This document shows, one piece after another, positions 32,601 through 42,181 of a stretch of 64,000 bases of DNA. Source of the DNA: a virus; IMG/VR virus record IMGVR_UViG_3300024261_000007, positions 1 to 64,000 of that record, one strand, 5' to 3'. The notes below the pieces were generated by a model, which was not told the DNA's origin, searched no databases, and saw nothing but the letters and a program-made list of their open reading frames with translations. The stretch's first letter is position 1, and each line of letters opens with the position of its first letter. Made by a program: the position numbers and the translations under genes.

Positions 32601-34746
32601 TTTATGTAAAGGTGACAATCAAAGATTTAAAGACCACGTTAAAAACTTAAGAAGTGTATTAATTGAAGATATATTTGACTATGCTTCATGTAATGAAAAA
32701 ACAATATTTAATAAAATAATACAAACAATTCAATTGTATTTACGTCAAGTTTTACCTAACTATTCCTCGAACGAGTTTAATTCTTTTGAAGAAATTAAAA
32801 AATACGTTGAAAGTAATAAGTCAATTTACTCTGAAATTTTAATTATTGTTAAAACCTTTGCAAAAATTTTTCTTCCTGTGTTTTATAGACATCAAAGACA
32901 TTCTTGTATACAAGTATTTAAATCTTTACCTGTCGAAAACCTTCAAGAAGATGATCTACCATATATTTGTGGTGGCAAAAACATGAATTCTTTTATATTC
33001 GGTAGAGTCGGTAAACATAACAATATTGACTCAAGTGTATTAAGATTTTATAATAAGAGAAAAAAAATTAATTTTACACTATCAGGTCAAAATTTATATA
33101 ATAAATTAATATCTGATATTATTAGAGTTAGAGATAATTTCTTACAAAACAATCTTGATATTTCTGATATTAAATTACACCAGGACAGCTATTTGTTAGA
33201 TACTGATCTTGTGCGCTCTATCAGTAGTGAGATTGACACGAAAGATATTTGGGTTACACCTTTTTCTAATCAGTTAAGAGTTGTCTATAATTCACTATAT
33301 AAATCAGATTTAATCCAGGTTTTAAATCTGGACGTAATTATTGGCTATTTAAGGACGCAAGAAAAAATAATAACTGGTGACACTTCAGAAACTTTTACAA
33401 GTTCTTTTTTTGAAAGTATTAAAAACAAAACAAACGAAAAATTTGCTAAATCAATAGAAAAAAACTTTTACAAAGACGTTTACATGCACTTATTTATTAA
33501 AAAAGCTAAAAACGCAGAAAACAGATCAAAAAGCACTTTAAATAGAATTAATTCAATATTGGAAAACACTGGAAATATTGATATTTATCAAAATTTAGAT
33601 ATATTTGATAATAATAGAGTATTTATCAACCAAAAACTTAATAATTTAAACAATGTAAACTCGCAAGAATATGGTTTAGACTATATTTTTAATAGTAATA
33701 GCAATTCTCATAATAAACTATTAAACAAAAACATATTAAGTTTAGGGTTACACAAAGATATAATAAAAAATAAAAGTTCAGACTTTATAGTAAAAGTAGA
33801 AGTAAATATTGTAGATATAGAAAACTTAAATCATGTTTATGTTCCTAAAATATATCTGTTTTCTTCTTCGATAAGCTCCGGTAATGACGTATTAAAAGAC
33901 GAAGAAAGCTATTCACCTAACAGCTTAATCTATTATGATAAAACTTTTAATACAAAGAATATAAAAAGTAGAATTATTGAATTTAACATTGAAGATAAAT
34001 ATTTGCCTATAGAAACTATAGGTGACACAAATGATATTTTAGATTTAAGCACTGATCGTGGTGACTTTTTATTTCAACAGATTAACAATATTTCGAAATA
34101 TTATAGCAATGTCTATGATACAATAACTAAGACAGATGAAAATATAATTAGCAGTTTACAGACATATTCTTACTTAAATAATCATATATTAAATTCTCAT
34201 TTAATGACAAAGTACTTAGAAAATTCATCTTTTTCATTGACAAACTATAATGTTCCAGACTTAAACAAGATTAATGTATACAATAGAAGTTATGTTGACA
34301 TTGTCAATCAAATTGACAAAAAAGACTTTTTAAAAGAATTTAATATTGAAAAAAGCAAATTTATAAATTCTCTTTCTTTCAATCAAGAAAGAGAATTTTT
34401 TGAAATAGTAGATGATAATAATAATACAAAAGCTGTCAATTTCTTAAACAATATACAAAGTCTAACAAACAAAAGTATTCTTCATGATACTGATGAATAT
34501 TTTTGCATATATCATATAAGCGTCGATCCTAACGATATGAACTATTTTATAATAGATGAATCTGCAATTGATCATGGTAACGATTTGTTGGTTGACATTA
34601 GTGATTTAGATAATATTTTTATTAATTCATTTATGAAAGATAAGTATGATCAACTAAGATCAATTAATGATTGTGGTCATTGTTACTATAGAAATAGAAA
34701 AAAAGTAAAAAACTATAAAATAATTATCAAAACTGAGGTTTTATAA
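29674..34746 (+). CDS. Large Asn-rich hypothetical protein (1690 aa)
   Basis: Long ORF with an AAGGA SD; no recognised motif. Confidence 0.65.
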   Translation: MSSANNNIFNQTFDNEYTEIQNIIKKPSENISGNKEVEFLSLIESNDSFIVTVDGFNQGVDFSINLNNIEYSDLNNTFKRLSQDFKFVKLMHDTVSLDAANFKDLTTLIEHAVLDKKQNIFENSYSKKILEYYNENSNITDFGFTTKNFLNKFNNISYNNIQKQNKPSFQILLNSSQDNENDYDDVNSLIAQEFFHSRGRSSTVLKEALLVDYSNLSIQDDEKSFTKLTKETNSDSIVQSFINFSRTLYAMSHKSYLFNSSSSYNIQHQYLDYSLENLDLINLIPDFYSYGNNGLNIFNYINTKNKSFNYKNYFRKNKIQNYSSNKSILQKPRNITNDFNKNSSMVYFIPSSNLNLFVTNQMVDSLSLRLVYPQDKINSAQSNLKNFEELSGGTRNNDTGNQNIMPPWYKNYGFKILNEFNKCLTGSFFDVNLDSACKSKEDLNIWIFFFNSLYKNSLDLQDVTANASPHNLSSAALLFYDTGVMGDFDARPNFETVKNKIENSGNESLMNPNDVRPGFVYNYFNFKDQGQIYLKDQPIVNYDGLQASNNESFSLDYNTDFKEIDFKQDIDLLIKKTKLKILENKNISTKIFDEIIENIKNSDHNSILLSYCDTDVDKKSAINKNNQLFKLMFTEDVSEIDGIDNNFYSHIDLLGDLKIAGKKYLGYSELKNENKEVRKEEKKVKENLVKFINNYYSDNIFFSSTTFFDFVMSSIINDKTYFNLNLGDVIQSKKSYDFTDVLNCQALYFNYILNEDSNENALELIIKRFIEKAIQIDNVSSDIIKNSLNNKFYSYDNSSLSIDDYDDGNKESLIQYQKDIIDTSDNLKIIKNSVFSLDNIKDLSSSSQYKFISNIRTVDYANTTSNVENNINNSNRSARVENIFNSLTQPENNNIINKKFGITANIACNFYPGHMLFYGFRSFSRFDKDGEVIYEKTIHNKIKSVPNTDDKKFFIDKERNFNIEKERNIKLKLSAYLCKGDNQRFKDHVKNLRSVLIEDIFDYASCNEKTIFNKIIQTIQLYLRQVLPNYSSNEFNSFEEIKKYVESNKSIYSEILIIVKTFAKIFLPVFYRHQRHSCIQVFKSLPVENLQEDDLPYICGGKNMNSFIFGRVGKHNNIDSSVLRFYNKRKKINFTLSGQNLYNKLISDIIRVRDNFLQNNLDISDIKLHQDSYLLDTDLVRSISSEIDTKDIWVTPFSNQLRVVYNSLYKSDLIQVLNLDVIIGYLRTQEKIITGDTSETFTSSFFESIKNKTNEKFAKSIEKNFYKDVYMHLFIKKAKNAENRSKSTLNRINSILENTGNIDIYQNLDIFDNNRVFINQKLNNLNNVNSQEYGLDYIFNSNSNSHNKLLNKNILSLGLHKDIIKNKSSDFIVKVEVNIVDIENLNHVYVPKIYLFSSSISSGNDVLKDEESYSPNSLIYYDKTFNTKNIKSRIIEFNIEDKYLPIETIGDTNDILDLSTDRGDFLFQQINNISKYYSNVYDTITKTDENIISSLQTYSYLNNHILNSHLMTKYLENSSFSLTNYNVPDLNKINVYNRSYVDIVNQIDKKDFLKEFNIEKSKFINSLSFNQEREFFEIVDDNNNTKAVNFLNNIQSLTNKSILHDTDEYFCIYHISVDPNDMNYFIIDESAIDHGNDLLVDISDLDNIFINSFMKDKYDQLRSINDCGHCYYRNRKKVKNYKIIIKTEVL

Positions 34747-36321
34747 ATGAATGACTTTGTAATAAATACACTCCCAGATATTAGCTGTAATATTTCAAAT
34801 AAATTTGTGTATAATTTTTTCAATCCAAATGAAGATATCATAGACGACAATATAATAAACATAAATACAGAAGAATTTTCTAATATAGAACGATATGTTG
34901 ATATTAATATTTTATACAAAAACAATATTAACTGTGTTACTTTACAAAGTTTTTTAGACACTGATGTGCTTGACAAACTAAGAGGTCTGGACAAATCAGA
35001 AATAAATAGAGACTTGCTGGAAAAAATAATTAACTTTAACAACAAAAAAGTTGTTTCGATTAATATGTCACCTAAAAAAGAAGAAATATTATTAGAAGAG
35101 ATAACTAATAAAAACTTAACTTTTTCTGAGTATTCTATTTTTTTTGAACAAATGAAAAATAATAAAAAAATACACATTAGTCCAGAAAATAAAAAATATT
35201 TTATAAGTGCTAATAACAAAACTCCTTTTTTAGAAAGCTTTAAAAAAATATTAAATCAAAACAACTTTGACTTTTTAAAAAATTATAATTCTAAAAACTT
35301 GCCTAAGCAAGAACACTCTTCTTTTACAAGATTTACAAACAATATAAAAAATCATTACTGTATGGTTGGTTTTTTATTAGAAAAATATAGTGTAAACGAG
35401 GATGACAAACTTAATTATAAAAGTTGTGTCTTTCTTTATAATAGAATACTGGACAACATATCTTCTAATTCAGAAAACTCTGAGTTTATTTCTACAGAAG
35501 TCATTAGTTTAAAGGATCAGGCTGTAAAATATGGTTCAACATACAAATATTATTTAACACCCATTTATTTGATAAATTTACCCCAACCAAAAGATTATTA
35601 TTACACTGACTTTTATTTCTGTAGAGATACTGCTATTAGTGAAGAAAAAGTAGTTTGTAAGGAATATGAAAGACCACATTCAACTTCTTTTATAAAATTC
35701 AAGTATTTACAAAACAAATTTTTAATGATTGATTGGGCAAAACCTGTCAATACACAAGGTGATATTTTTGGATATCAAATATTTAAAAGAGATACAATAG
35801 ATGAACCTTTTAAATTAGTTAAACAAATAGAATTTTTACCCAATGAGAGACAATTTAAAAGAAACGAAAATATTGATGTTACAACTGATGTTTCTTCTTT
35901 TGTCAATCATGTTACTACTTTTATTGATAAAGAATACGACAAAAACAAGATACAGATATATACAATATGCACCTTAGACGCTCGAGGCTACTCGTCAAAT
36001 TATTCACAACAATATGCAATATATTATAATTTTAATAAAAAAAATATAAGTATAGATCTAATAAGTCCTGAAGGTGCTCCTTTAAATTTGCCTAATTTAC
36101 TTATTCCAAGAAAAACAAAATTGTTAAATGAAAATAAGTCTATTGTAGAAGAAATATGTTTTGAATCAGGAGTTAGTAAAATTTCTGTTTACTTAACGCC
36201 TGATCTTATTAATATTTTAGATGACTCGAGTTCAAGAAATATATTAAGCGATATTTACAAATTTAATATATTTAGTTTAGATAAAAACATAAATCATATA
36301 AGCAATATAAGAATTACATAA
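34747..36321 (+). CDS. Virion protein with fibronectin type III-like domains
   Basis: DQAVKYGSTYKYYL, IDWAKPVNTQGDIFGYQIFKR, and FIDKE...IYTICTLDARGYSSNYS. Confidence 0.55.
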   Translation: MNDFVINTLPDISCNISNKFVYNFFNPNEDIIDDNIININTEEFSNIERYVDINILYKNNINCVTLQSFLDTDVLDKLRGLDKSEINRDLLEKIINFNNKKVVSINMSPKKEEILLEEITNKNLTFSEYSIFFEQMKNNKKIHISPENKKYFISANNKTPFLESFKKILNQNNFDFLKNYNSKNLPKQEHSSFTRFTNNIKNHYCMVGFLLEKYSVNEDDKLNYKSCVFLYNRILDNISSNSENSEFISTEVISLKDQAVKYGSTYKYYLTPIYLINLPQPKDYYYTDFYFCRDTAISEEKVVCKEYERPHSTSFIKFKYLQNKFLMIDWAKPVNTQGDIFGYQIFKRDTIDEPFKLVKQIEFLPNERQFKRNENIDVTTDVSSFVNHVTTFIDKEYDKNKIQIYTICTLDARGYSSNYSQQYAIYYNFNKKNISIDLISPEGAPLNLPNLLIPRKTKLLNENKSIVEEICFESGVSKISVYLTPDLINILDDSSSRNILSDIYKFNIFSLDKNINHISNIRIT

Positions 36322-36348
36322 TTATTAGTTCAAGAAAGGACGTTTTAG

Positions 36349-37104
36349 ATGGGCTTTTTAAATCATGCAACAAACAATATAATAATTGACGCCGTTTTAA
36401 CAGAAAGAGGTCGAGAGTTACTAGCAAAAAATGATGGTTCATTTAATATTACATCGTTTAGTTTTGGCGACGACGAAGTTGATTATTCAATTATATCAAG
36501 ATATGGTCTTCCAATTGGAAAAGAAAAAATTGAAAAAAACACACCAATCTTTGAAGCAAACCCAAATGAAAATATTGCGATAAAGCACCCACTTATTACT
36601 TTTACAAATTCACTTACAAGTTTAGAAAATATTCCGACTCTAAAAAGAGTAGACACTACAGGTAACGTAAATAGCAACATATCTTTATTCGATACAAGAA
36701 TAAACGACAATGATTCTACTTCAATTCAATACACTATCGAAATTAGAAATAATGTACCTAGCCTTGAAGGTGCTCAAATTTTAAATGAAAACATTACTGA
36801 TAATAGAATTTATGTTAAATTGCATAGTGACTTATTAAGCATCGTTAATAACACACCTTTAGATTCAGACTTAAATAATATTGCAACTTATTCTATTCCC
36901 ACGTCAACAGTTTCAAGTGGCGAATGGGCAAATCAAATAACAGCTTCATTTACCATTAATTCAAATGGAATAGTTAGTGCTTCAGATTTTACAAAATATT
37001 CATCTCTATCAAATAGCAGTGTAATAAACACTTCAGTTCAGGTAATAGGATCATCTTCAGGTGCATCTTTAATAATTCCTGTTTCAATAACAAGACAAGC
37101 TTAA
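36349..37104 (+). CDS. Baseplate/tail-collar-like structural protein
   Basis: IIDAVLTERGRELLAKNDGSFNITSFSFGDDEVDY resembles tail-collar fibre N-termini (LT..G...LA). AAGGA SD upstream. Confidence 0.55.
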   Translation: MGFLNHATNNIIIDAVLTERGRELLAKNDGSFNITSFSFGDDEVDYSIISRYGLPIGKEKIEKNTPIFEANPNENIAIKHPLITFTNSLTSLENIPTLKRVDTTGNVNSNISLFDTRINDNDSTSIQYTIEIRNNVPSLEGAQILNENITDNRIYVKLHSDLLSIVNNTPLDSDLNNIATYSIPTSTVSSGEWANQITASFTINSNGIVSASDFTKYSSLSNSSVINTSVQVIGSSSGASLIIPVSITRQA

Positions 37105-37119
37105 AAGAAAGATTATAAA

Positions 37120-38676
37120 ATGGCAGTAGACTTAACAGGATCATACGTTTCTATAAATCCAAGTAATATTAGCACAGAAAAAACATCAGTACAACAGCTT
37201 GTTGATATTGTTCAGACTGATATTGCGAGTGTAAATACAAATACTAGAAAATCTTATGAAGTTTTTACTAGCGGAAATATTGATAGTACACAAAGTATTA
37301 GTAGCTCTTTATTTCAAACAGTTTATGATCAAGACTTTTCTCTAGGCACAGCAAATTCTTTATTTGATATATCTGTTGGTTCTTTGGGCGAGTTTGATTT
37401 AGATAACAACTCTGTTGTGGTTAACACATTAAATTTACCGCTTAATGACGGAAAAATTAATACTACAAGTATTCCATCAGCAACGATGCTTAGAGAAAAA
37501 ATTCACATTTACAAGCAGTTTGCACAAAATTTATTAGGTGATTCTAGTAAATCTTTTTTTACACCTCATTCTGCGACTGTAGAAGAAGCTGATGCTACTG
37601 AGATTTCTGCTAATCCTGGAACTTATAGTAAAAAAATTAGAGGTGCCATTTTTATTTGTTTTAAAAGGCTTTTTACAAGGGACAATATCTATAAAGGGTC
37701 TTTTGGTCTAAGAATTAGAAAAAATGCATCAACTTTAATTTCTGGAGGAGGTTTAGCAATATCAAATATTAACGATGAGGTTCTTGCAAATGATGTTAAT
37801 CCAGCAGCTGCAAACACAGTAATCTATGATGATCGATTAGTTGCAACAGGTCTTGGGATTAGTCCTGTTGCAGGTGAAGTTTCAACATTATCAGATGCTT
37901 CGAACAACTATGTTGGATTAATATTTTATGACAGTGGAATTATAGTATTAGATGTTGAAAGAGCTTTCAACCCGCAACAAATAATTAGAGGGTTAATTAC
38001 AACTACTAGACAAGGTGATTCAACAAATGAATTAGACGGACCTTTTTGGTATTCAGGAATTGAAGATGCTCAAGGTGATAATTTTTATTACCCAGTATAT
38101 ACTACAGATAGAGAAGGTACTTATAATACACTTAACTTTACTGCTGATGGTGTAGTATTGTATCATGAACATGGAACTCTTGAAGTAACTGATATTCAGC
38201 CTTCTGAGAATGATTTAACTCATGGTCTTTTAACTGAGTATAGTGTCGCAAATCAAAATTTCTATACAGACGCAAGTATACTTGAAATAGACGGAACATC
38301 TATTCATGAGGGGAGTTTATATCCTAGCTTATGGACAAAAGGAACTATTGATGATGTAATTGATCATATATGTACAACAAGGTTTGATAGAGGCCAAAGA
38401 TCAGCAATTACATTTAGAAATGAAACTATAATTAATTCTTCATTAATATTTTGTAGAGCATCACACAATCAGTTTAACTATTCTACTAATCCAACTTATA
38501 CAGATTCAGACAGTAGAATAATTGCTAAAACCACAGACAATAGAACTTTTACGTACGTTACAACAATTGGATTATATGATGCAGAAGGTTTTTTGCTTGC
38601 TGTTGCTAAAACTTCAAGACCTATAGAAAAAAATCCATCAACTGATCTCTCTATCAGAATAAGACTTGATTATTAA
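37120..38676 (+). CDS. Virion structural protein with tail-collar-like C-terminal domain
   Basis: YVGLIFYDSGIIVL, FNYSTNPTY, and C-terminal YVTTIGLYDAEGFLLAVAKTSRPIEK...IRIRLDY. Confidence 0.6.
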   Translation: MAVDLTGSYVSINPSNISTEKTSVQQLVDIVQTDIASVNTNTRKSYEVFTSGNIDSTQSISSSLFQTVYDQDFSLGTANSLFDISVGSLGEFDLDNNSVVVNTLNLPLNDGKINTTSIPSATMLREKIHIYKQFAQNLLGDSSKSFFTPHSATVEEADATEISANPGTYSKKIRGAIFICFKRLFTRDNIYKGSFGLRIRKNASTLISGGGLAISNINDEVLANDVNPAAANTVIYDDRLVATGLGISPVAGEVSTLSDASNNYVGLIFYDSGIIVLDVERAFNPQQIIRGLITTTRQGDSTNELDGPFWYSGIEDAQGDNFYYPVYTTDREGTYNTLNFTADGVVLYHEHGTLEVTDIQPSENDLTHGLLTEYSVANQNFYTDASILEIDGTSIHEGSLYPSLWTKGTIDDVIDHICTTRFDRGQRSAITFRNETIINSSLIFCRASHNQFNYSTNPTYTDSDSRIIAKTTDNRTFTYVTTIGLYDAEGFLLAVAKTSRPIEKNPSTDLSIRIRLDY

Positions 38677-38684
38677 GAAAAAAC

Positions 38685-41624
38685 ATGTCTTTTATACCTC
38701 TCGATCATAAAAATTTTATTGTTAATAAAATAAAAAACAAGTCTAAAATAGAGTATATTAATTCTGATGTTTCTTCTTATGTTGTTGATCAAAAAATAGA
38801 TTCGAAATCATTAATTAATAATAACAATTTTAACAATTTTACTTTTGAAGAATTAAATATTAGTGATGAAGATACTCTGAAAGTAATAAAAAGAAATAGT
38901 ATTGTTGACTTTTTCAATAAAGTTTCAAATCAAAATAACTTTTCTTACATAGAAGATGATCAAGAAAAAAATTATTTTGATCATATAAAAGATCCTTTGC
39001 AAGACGAAGAAGTTTTAAATGACAGTATAAAGCAATATAATTTTAAAAATTATACTAAAATTGAAAAAAATAATCAAAAATTTTTAATAGACTGCAGAGA
39101 GAAAAATAAAATAGATGTTGTTAAAAAATCACTGTACGACAACTATAGTTATAATTACAGTTTAGATTATTATAAAGATTTAAATAAAGGTTACTGTAAT
39201 TATAACAGTATTAACTTTTTTTCTCTGTCTGATGACTTAAACTTAAAACATTCAAATGCAATTATTTGGCCCAATTTAGTAAATAACAATAGCAATCAAT
39301 ATGACTTTCTGCAAAAAGATTCAACTATTAGTTTTAGTTTTAATCTAAGAAACAAAAAAGATTTTTTAGGAATACATCCTCAGTGTGTTTTACACATTCC
39401 TGATTTTTTAAATGTATATGTAGTTAGAAATAATGATTTAATAAACAAGTATAAAATATGTATTGTAGCAGGTAGTAATACAAGAAAAAACTTTCATGAT
39501 ATAATAAATGATTTTTCAATTGATTTTGACAGCAATCAAGAAATCTATATAAGCCAAGAAAGTGTATACGTTACACAAGGTTTGACTATAAACGAAAATC
39601 ATTGGTATAACTTAAGTATTGTATTAAGTAAAAACAGAGAATTAAACAATAATCAAGATTTAAGATCTCTGGAGTGCTTTATAGATGAAGATGTAATTTT
39701 TTCAATAAAAGATTTGAATTTTAATAAACACCAAAATAATCTATTTAATTCTTATATTTGCTTAGGTAATAAGATTAACTATAAGGAAGATGACAATCTA
39801 TATACATTAGATTACAATGACGTTTTTTATTATTTGTTCGGAAGTAGAAAAGATGAAACAAGTCTAAGCGGCGGACCTTATATTAAAAAAGATATCGATT
39901 ATGGAAAAAATTTTTCATGGGAGGATGATGGATCAAAATTAATTGATAACATTGATTCTTTTTTAGATATTAACATATTAAATAAAATTCAAGAAAAATG
40001 TGAATCTTTTGAAGGAGAGATTCACAACATAAGAATATATTCTAAATCTTTAAAAAAAGATAAAATAAAAGAAAATTCTTACAATACAGTCAAGAGTTTA
40101 TCAAAAGAAAAGGAAATTTATAGTTTAGAGTTTTACGTTCCAGTATTTAATATAAATAGTTACGTAAGTAAAAAATCATTATTCAATCTTAATGTAAATA
40201 GCATTAGTAATATGCATTTTTCATGTATATATAACCCTTACTTTGCTAATAGCTGTGGTGGCTTAGAAATTTCTACTGAGAATTATTTGATTGATTTTGT
40301 AAATTATACAAAGCCTAACGTGGTAGTTGATGGTCATAATCAAATAAACTTTATAGAAAACAACTATTTACATATTAATAATTTATCTATTTCCAGCTTT
40401 ACAGATGTTTTTAACAAAATGAAAAAAGGCATTATGTTTAATAACATTTATCATGATTTAATTGATACTTCTACACAATCTAACGGAAATTTAATTTATA
40501 ATAATCTACTAATTTTACCTAATGATGATGGTAAACTTAAGGTAGATTTTAATATTATTAACGAATTTTTAACAACTATATATCCACAAGAAAAATACTT
40601 TTATGATAATTTTATTGTGCACAATATTTCCATAGAAAACTTATTTAAAGGAAACAAAGAAGAATTTTTCTACCCTCTATGTTTAAATAACACACAATAT
40701 GAACAGTATAGCTTAAATAGCAATCAATCTAATACATTAAGTTTAAATATAGCTGAAAATTTATCATATGATTTCTCTTTAACAAAAGATAAATTTTATA
40801 ATTTCTCAAATTGTCTTTTTCATGACACAAATTTTGAATACGATACAACTAATTATTCTTATGATTTAACCTCTTGTAATGAAGAAATAGTTGATTTACA
40901 TGACGAGCTAAATGAAAATAGTAATTTAAACTTAGACATAAGTCCTGTTATAAGAAATTATTTTAAAGACATAAATTCTTTAAGTTATGAGATAAAAACA
41001 GTTTTTACGGATAGATTTTATATAAATAATAGTTTAGTAGAAGTCAATTATATAAATTATCCTTTAGGATATACAGATTATCAAAAAACTTTTGATTGTA
41101 TGTTTACAACAATATTTAATGTATCAAACAAATATTATAATACAAAAATTGAAAAAGAATCTTTTTTCATAGAAGATAATTTATTTAAAAATTTAAGTTT
41201 ATCATTTAAAGATAACAGTAATGGCTCAATACATAGAAGTGACTGTGAAAGTAAAATAGCAAACTGGAATTATGTAGGAAATATATTTTACAAAGAAGGA
41301 ATATGTACTTTTTTTAGGCCAGAGTTTAGCTATTTTGGTAAAAATGATTTTAAATGTAGTTTTGATGCTGTTTATAATATGTTTGTTCATGAAATTAATA
41401 TACAAGCTAAAAACGGATTTTACAATAAAAGTTTTAATAGTTCTTATGATATCAAATTAAGACAAGACGAAAACTCTTTAAATTCTGAGTCTTCTTTTGT
41501 TTATGTATCTGATATTAATTTACATGATGAAAATTTTAATATTATAGCAAAAGCAAAGCTTTCAAGGCCTGCGCCTAAAAGATTAGAAGATAATATACTT
41601 TTTAGACTCAAAATGGATTATTAA
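38685..41624 (+). CDS. LamG-domain virion protein with a C-terminus paralogous to 37120..38676
   Basis: LamG pattern NHWYNLSIV...ICLGN...FEGEIHNIRIYSKSL; YVGNIFYKEGI; C-terminal YVSDINLHDENFNIIAKAKLSRP...FRLKMDY. Confidence 0.6.
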   Translation: MSFIPLDHKNFIVNKIKNKSKIEYINSDVSSYVVDQKIDSKSLINNNNFNNFTFEELNISDEDTLKVIKRNSIVDFFNKVSNQNNFSYIEDDQEKNYFDHIKDPLQDEEVLNDSIKQYNFKNYTKIEKNNQKFLIDCREKNKIDVVKKSLYDNYSYNYSLDYYKDLNKGYCNYNSINFFSLSDDLNLKHSNAIIWPNLVNNNSNQYDFLQKDSTISFSFNLRNKKDFLGIHPQCVLHIPDFLNVYVVRNNDLINKYKICIVAGSNTRKNFHDIINDFSIDFDSNQEIYISQESVYVTQGLTINENHWYNLSIVLSKNRELNNNQDLRSLECFIDEDVIFSIKDLNFNKHQNNLFNSYICLGNKINYKEDDNLYTLDYNDVFYYLFGSRKDETSLSGGPYIKKDIDYGKNFSWEDDGSKLIDNIDSFLDINILNKIQEKCESFEGEIHNIRIYSKSLKKDKIKENSYNTVKSLSKEKEIYSLEFYVPVFNINSYVSKKSLFNLNVNSISNMHFSCIYNPYFANSCGGLEISTENYLIDFVNYTKPNVVVDGHNQINFIENNYLHINNLSISSFTDVFNKMKKGIMFNNIYHDLIDTSTQSNGNLIYNNLLILPNDDGKLKVDFNIINEFLTTIYPQEKYFYDNFIVHNISIENLFKGNKEEFFYPLCLNNTQYEQYSLNSNQSNTLSLNIAENLSYDFSLTKDKFYNFSNCLFHDTNFEYDTTNYSYDLTSCNEEIVDLHDELNENSNLNLDISPVIRNYFKDINSLSYEIKTVFTDRFYINNSLVEVNYINYPLGYTDYQKTFDCMFTTIFNVSNKYYNTKIEKESFFIEDNLFKNLSLSFKDNSNGSIHRSDCESKIANWNYVGNIFYKEGICTFFRPEFSYFGKNDFKCSFDAVYNMFVHEINIQAKNGFYNKSFNSSYDIKLRQDENSLNSESSFVYVSDINLHDENFNIIAKAKLSRPAPKRLEDNILFRLKMDY

Positions 41625-42181
41625 TGTTATGTATAGGATTAGATATATCAACTTCAATAGTAGGAATATCAGTTTTTAAAGATAAAAAGCTTGATAAATT
41701 AAATTATGTTGATTTAAGTAAAGAAAAATGTATTTTTAAGAAAGCTAAAATGTTTGAAAACTTTTTTCTAAAAAATATTGTAAATATTGGATTTATAGAT
41801 TACATTTATATAGAAGATATACTACAGAGTTTCAAAAGAGGTTTATCATCAGCTAATACTCTTATGAAGTTAGCAAAGTTTAATGGTATAGTTTCTAATA
41901 TAGTATATAATAATACTGGTTTAATACCTGAATATATAAATGTAAATACTGCTCGTAAAACTTTAGAAATAAAAATTGACAAAAACTCTTCAGTTGATAA
42001 AAAAGAACAAGTTATGATGTGGGTAGATAAAGATTTAAATGAAAATTATTCTTGGCCTACTAAAGTTATAAGTAGAGGACCAAATAAAGGACTTGTAAAA
42101 TATGAAAAATTTTGTTATGATATGGCAGACGCATATGTAATTTGTAAAGCTGGTATTATAATAAATGAGCAAAATCCATAA
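41624..42181 (+). CDS. RuvC-like Holliday junction resolvase
   Basis: RNase H-fold acidic motifs IGLDISTSIVG, IYIED and DMADAYVI. TAATG overlap with the upstream gene. Confidence 0.85.
   Translation: MLCIGLDISTSIVGISVFKDKKLDKLNYVDLSKEKCIFKKAKMFENFFLKNIVNIGFIDYIYIEDILQSFKRGLSSANTLMKLAKFNGIVSNIVYNNTGLIPEYINVNTARKTLEIKIDKNSSVDKKEQVMMWVDKDLNENYSWPTKVISRGPNKGLVKYEKFCYDMADAYVICKAGIIINEQNP

Noticed and set aside
17687-34746. Tape measure or virion RNA polymerase identity for the giant ORFs
   Set aside because: They lack the Ala/Gly-rich helical character of tape measures, and I saw no DxDGD-type polymerase motif.
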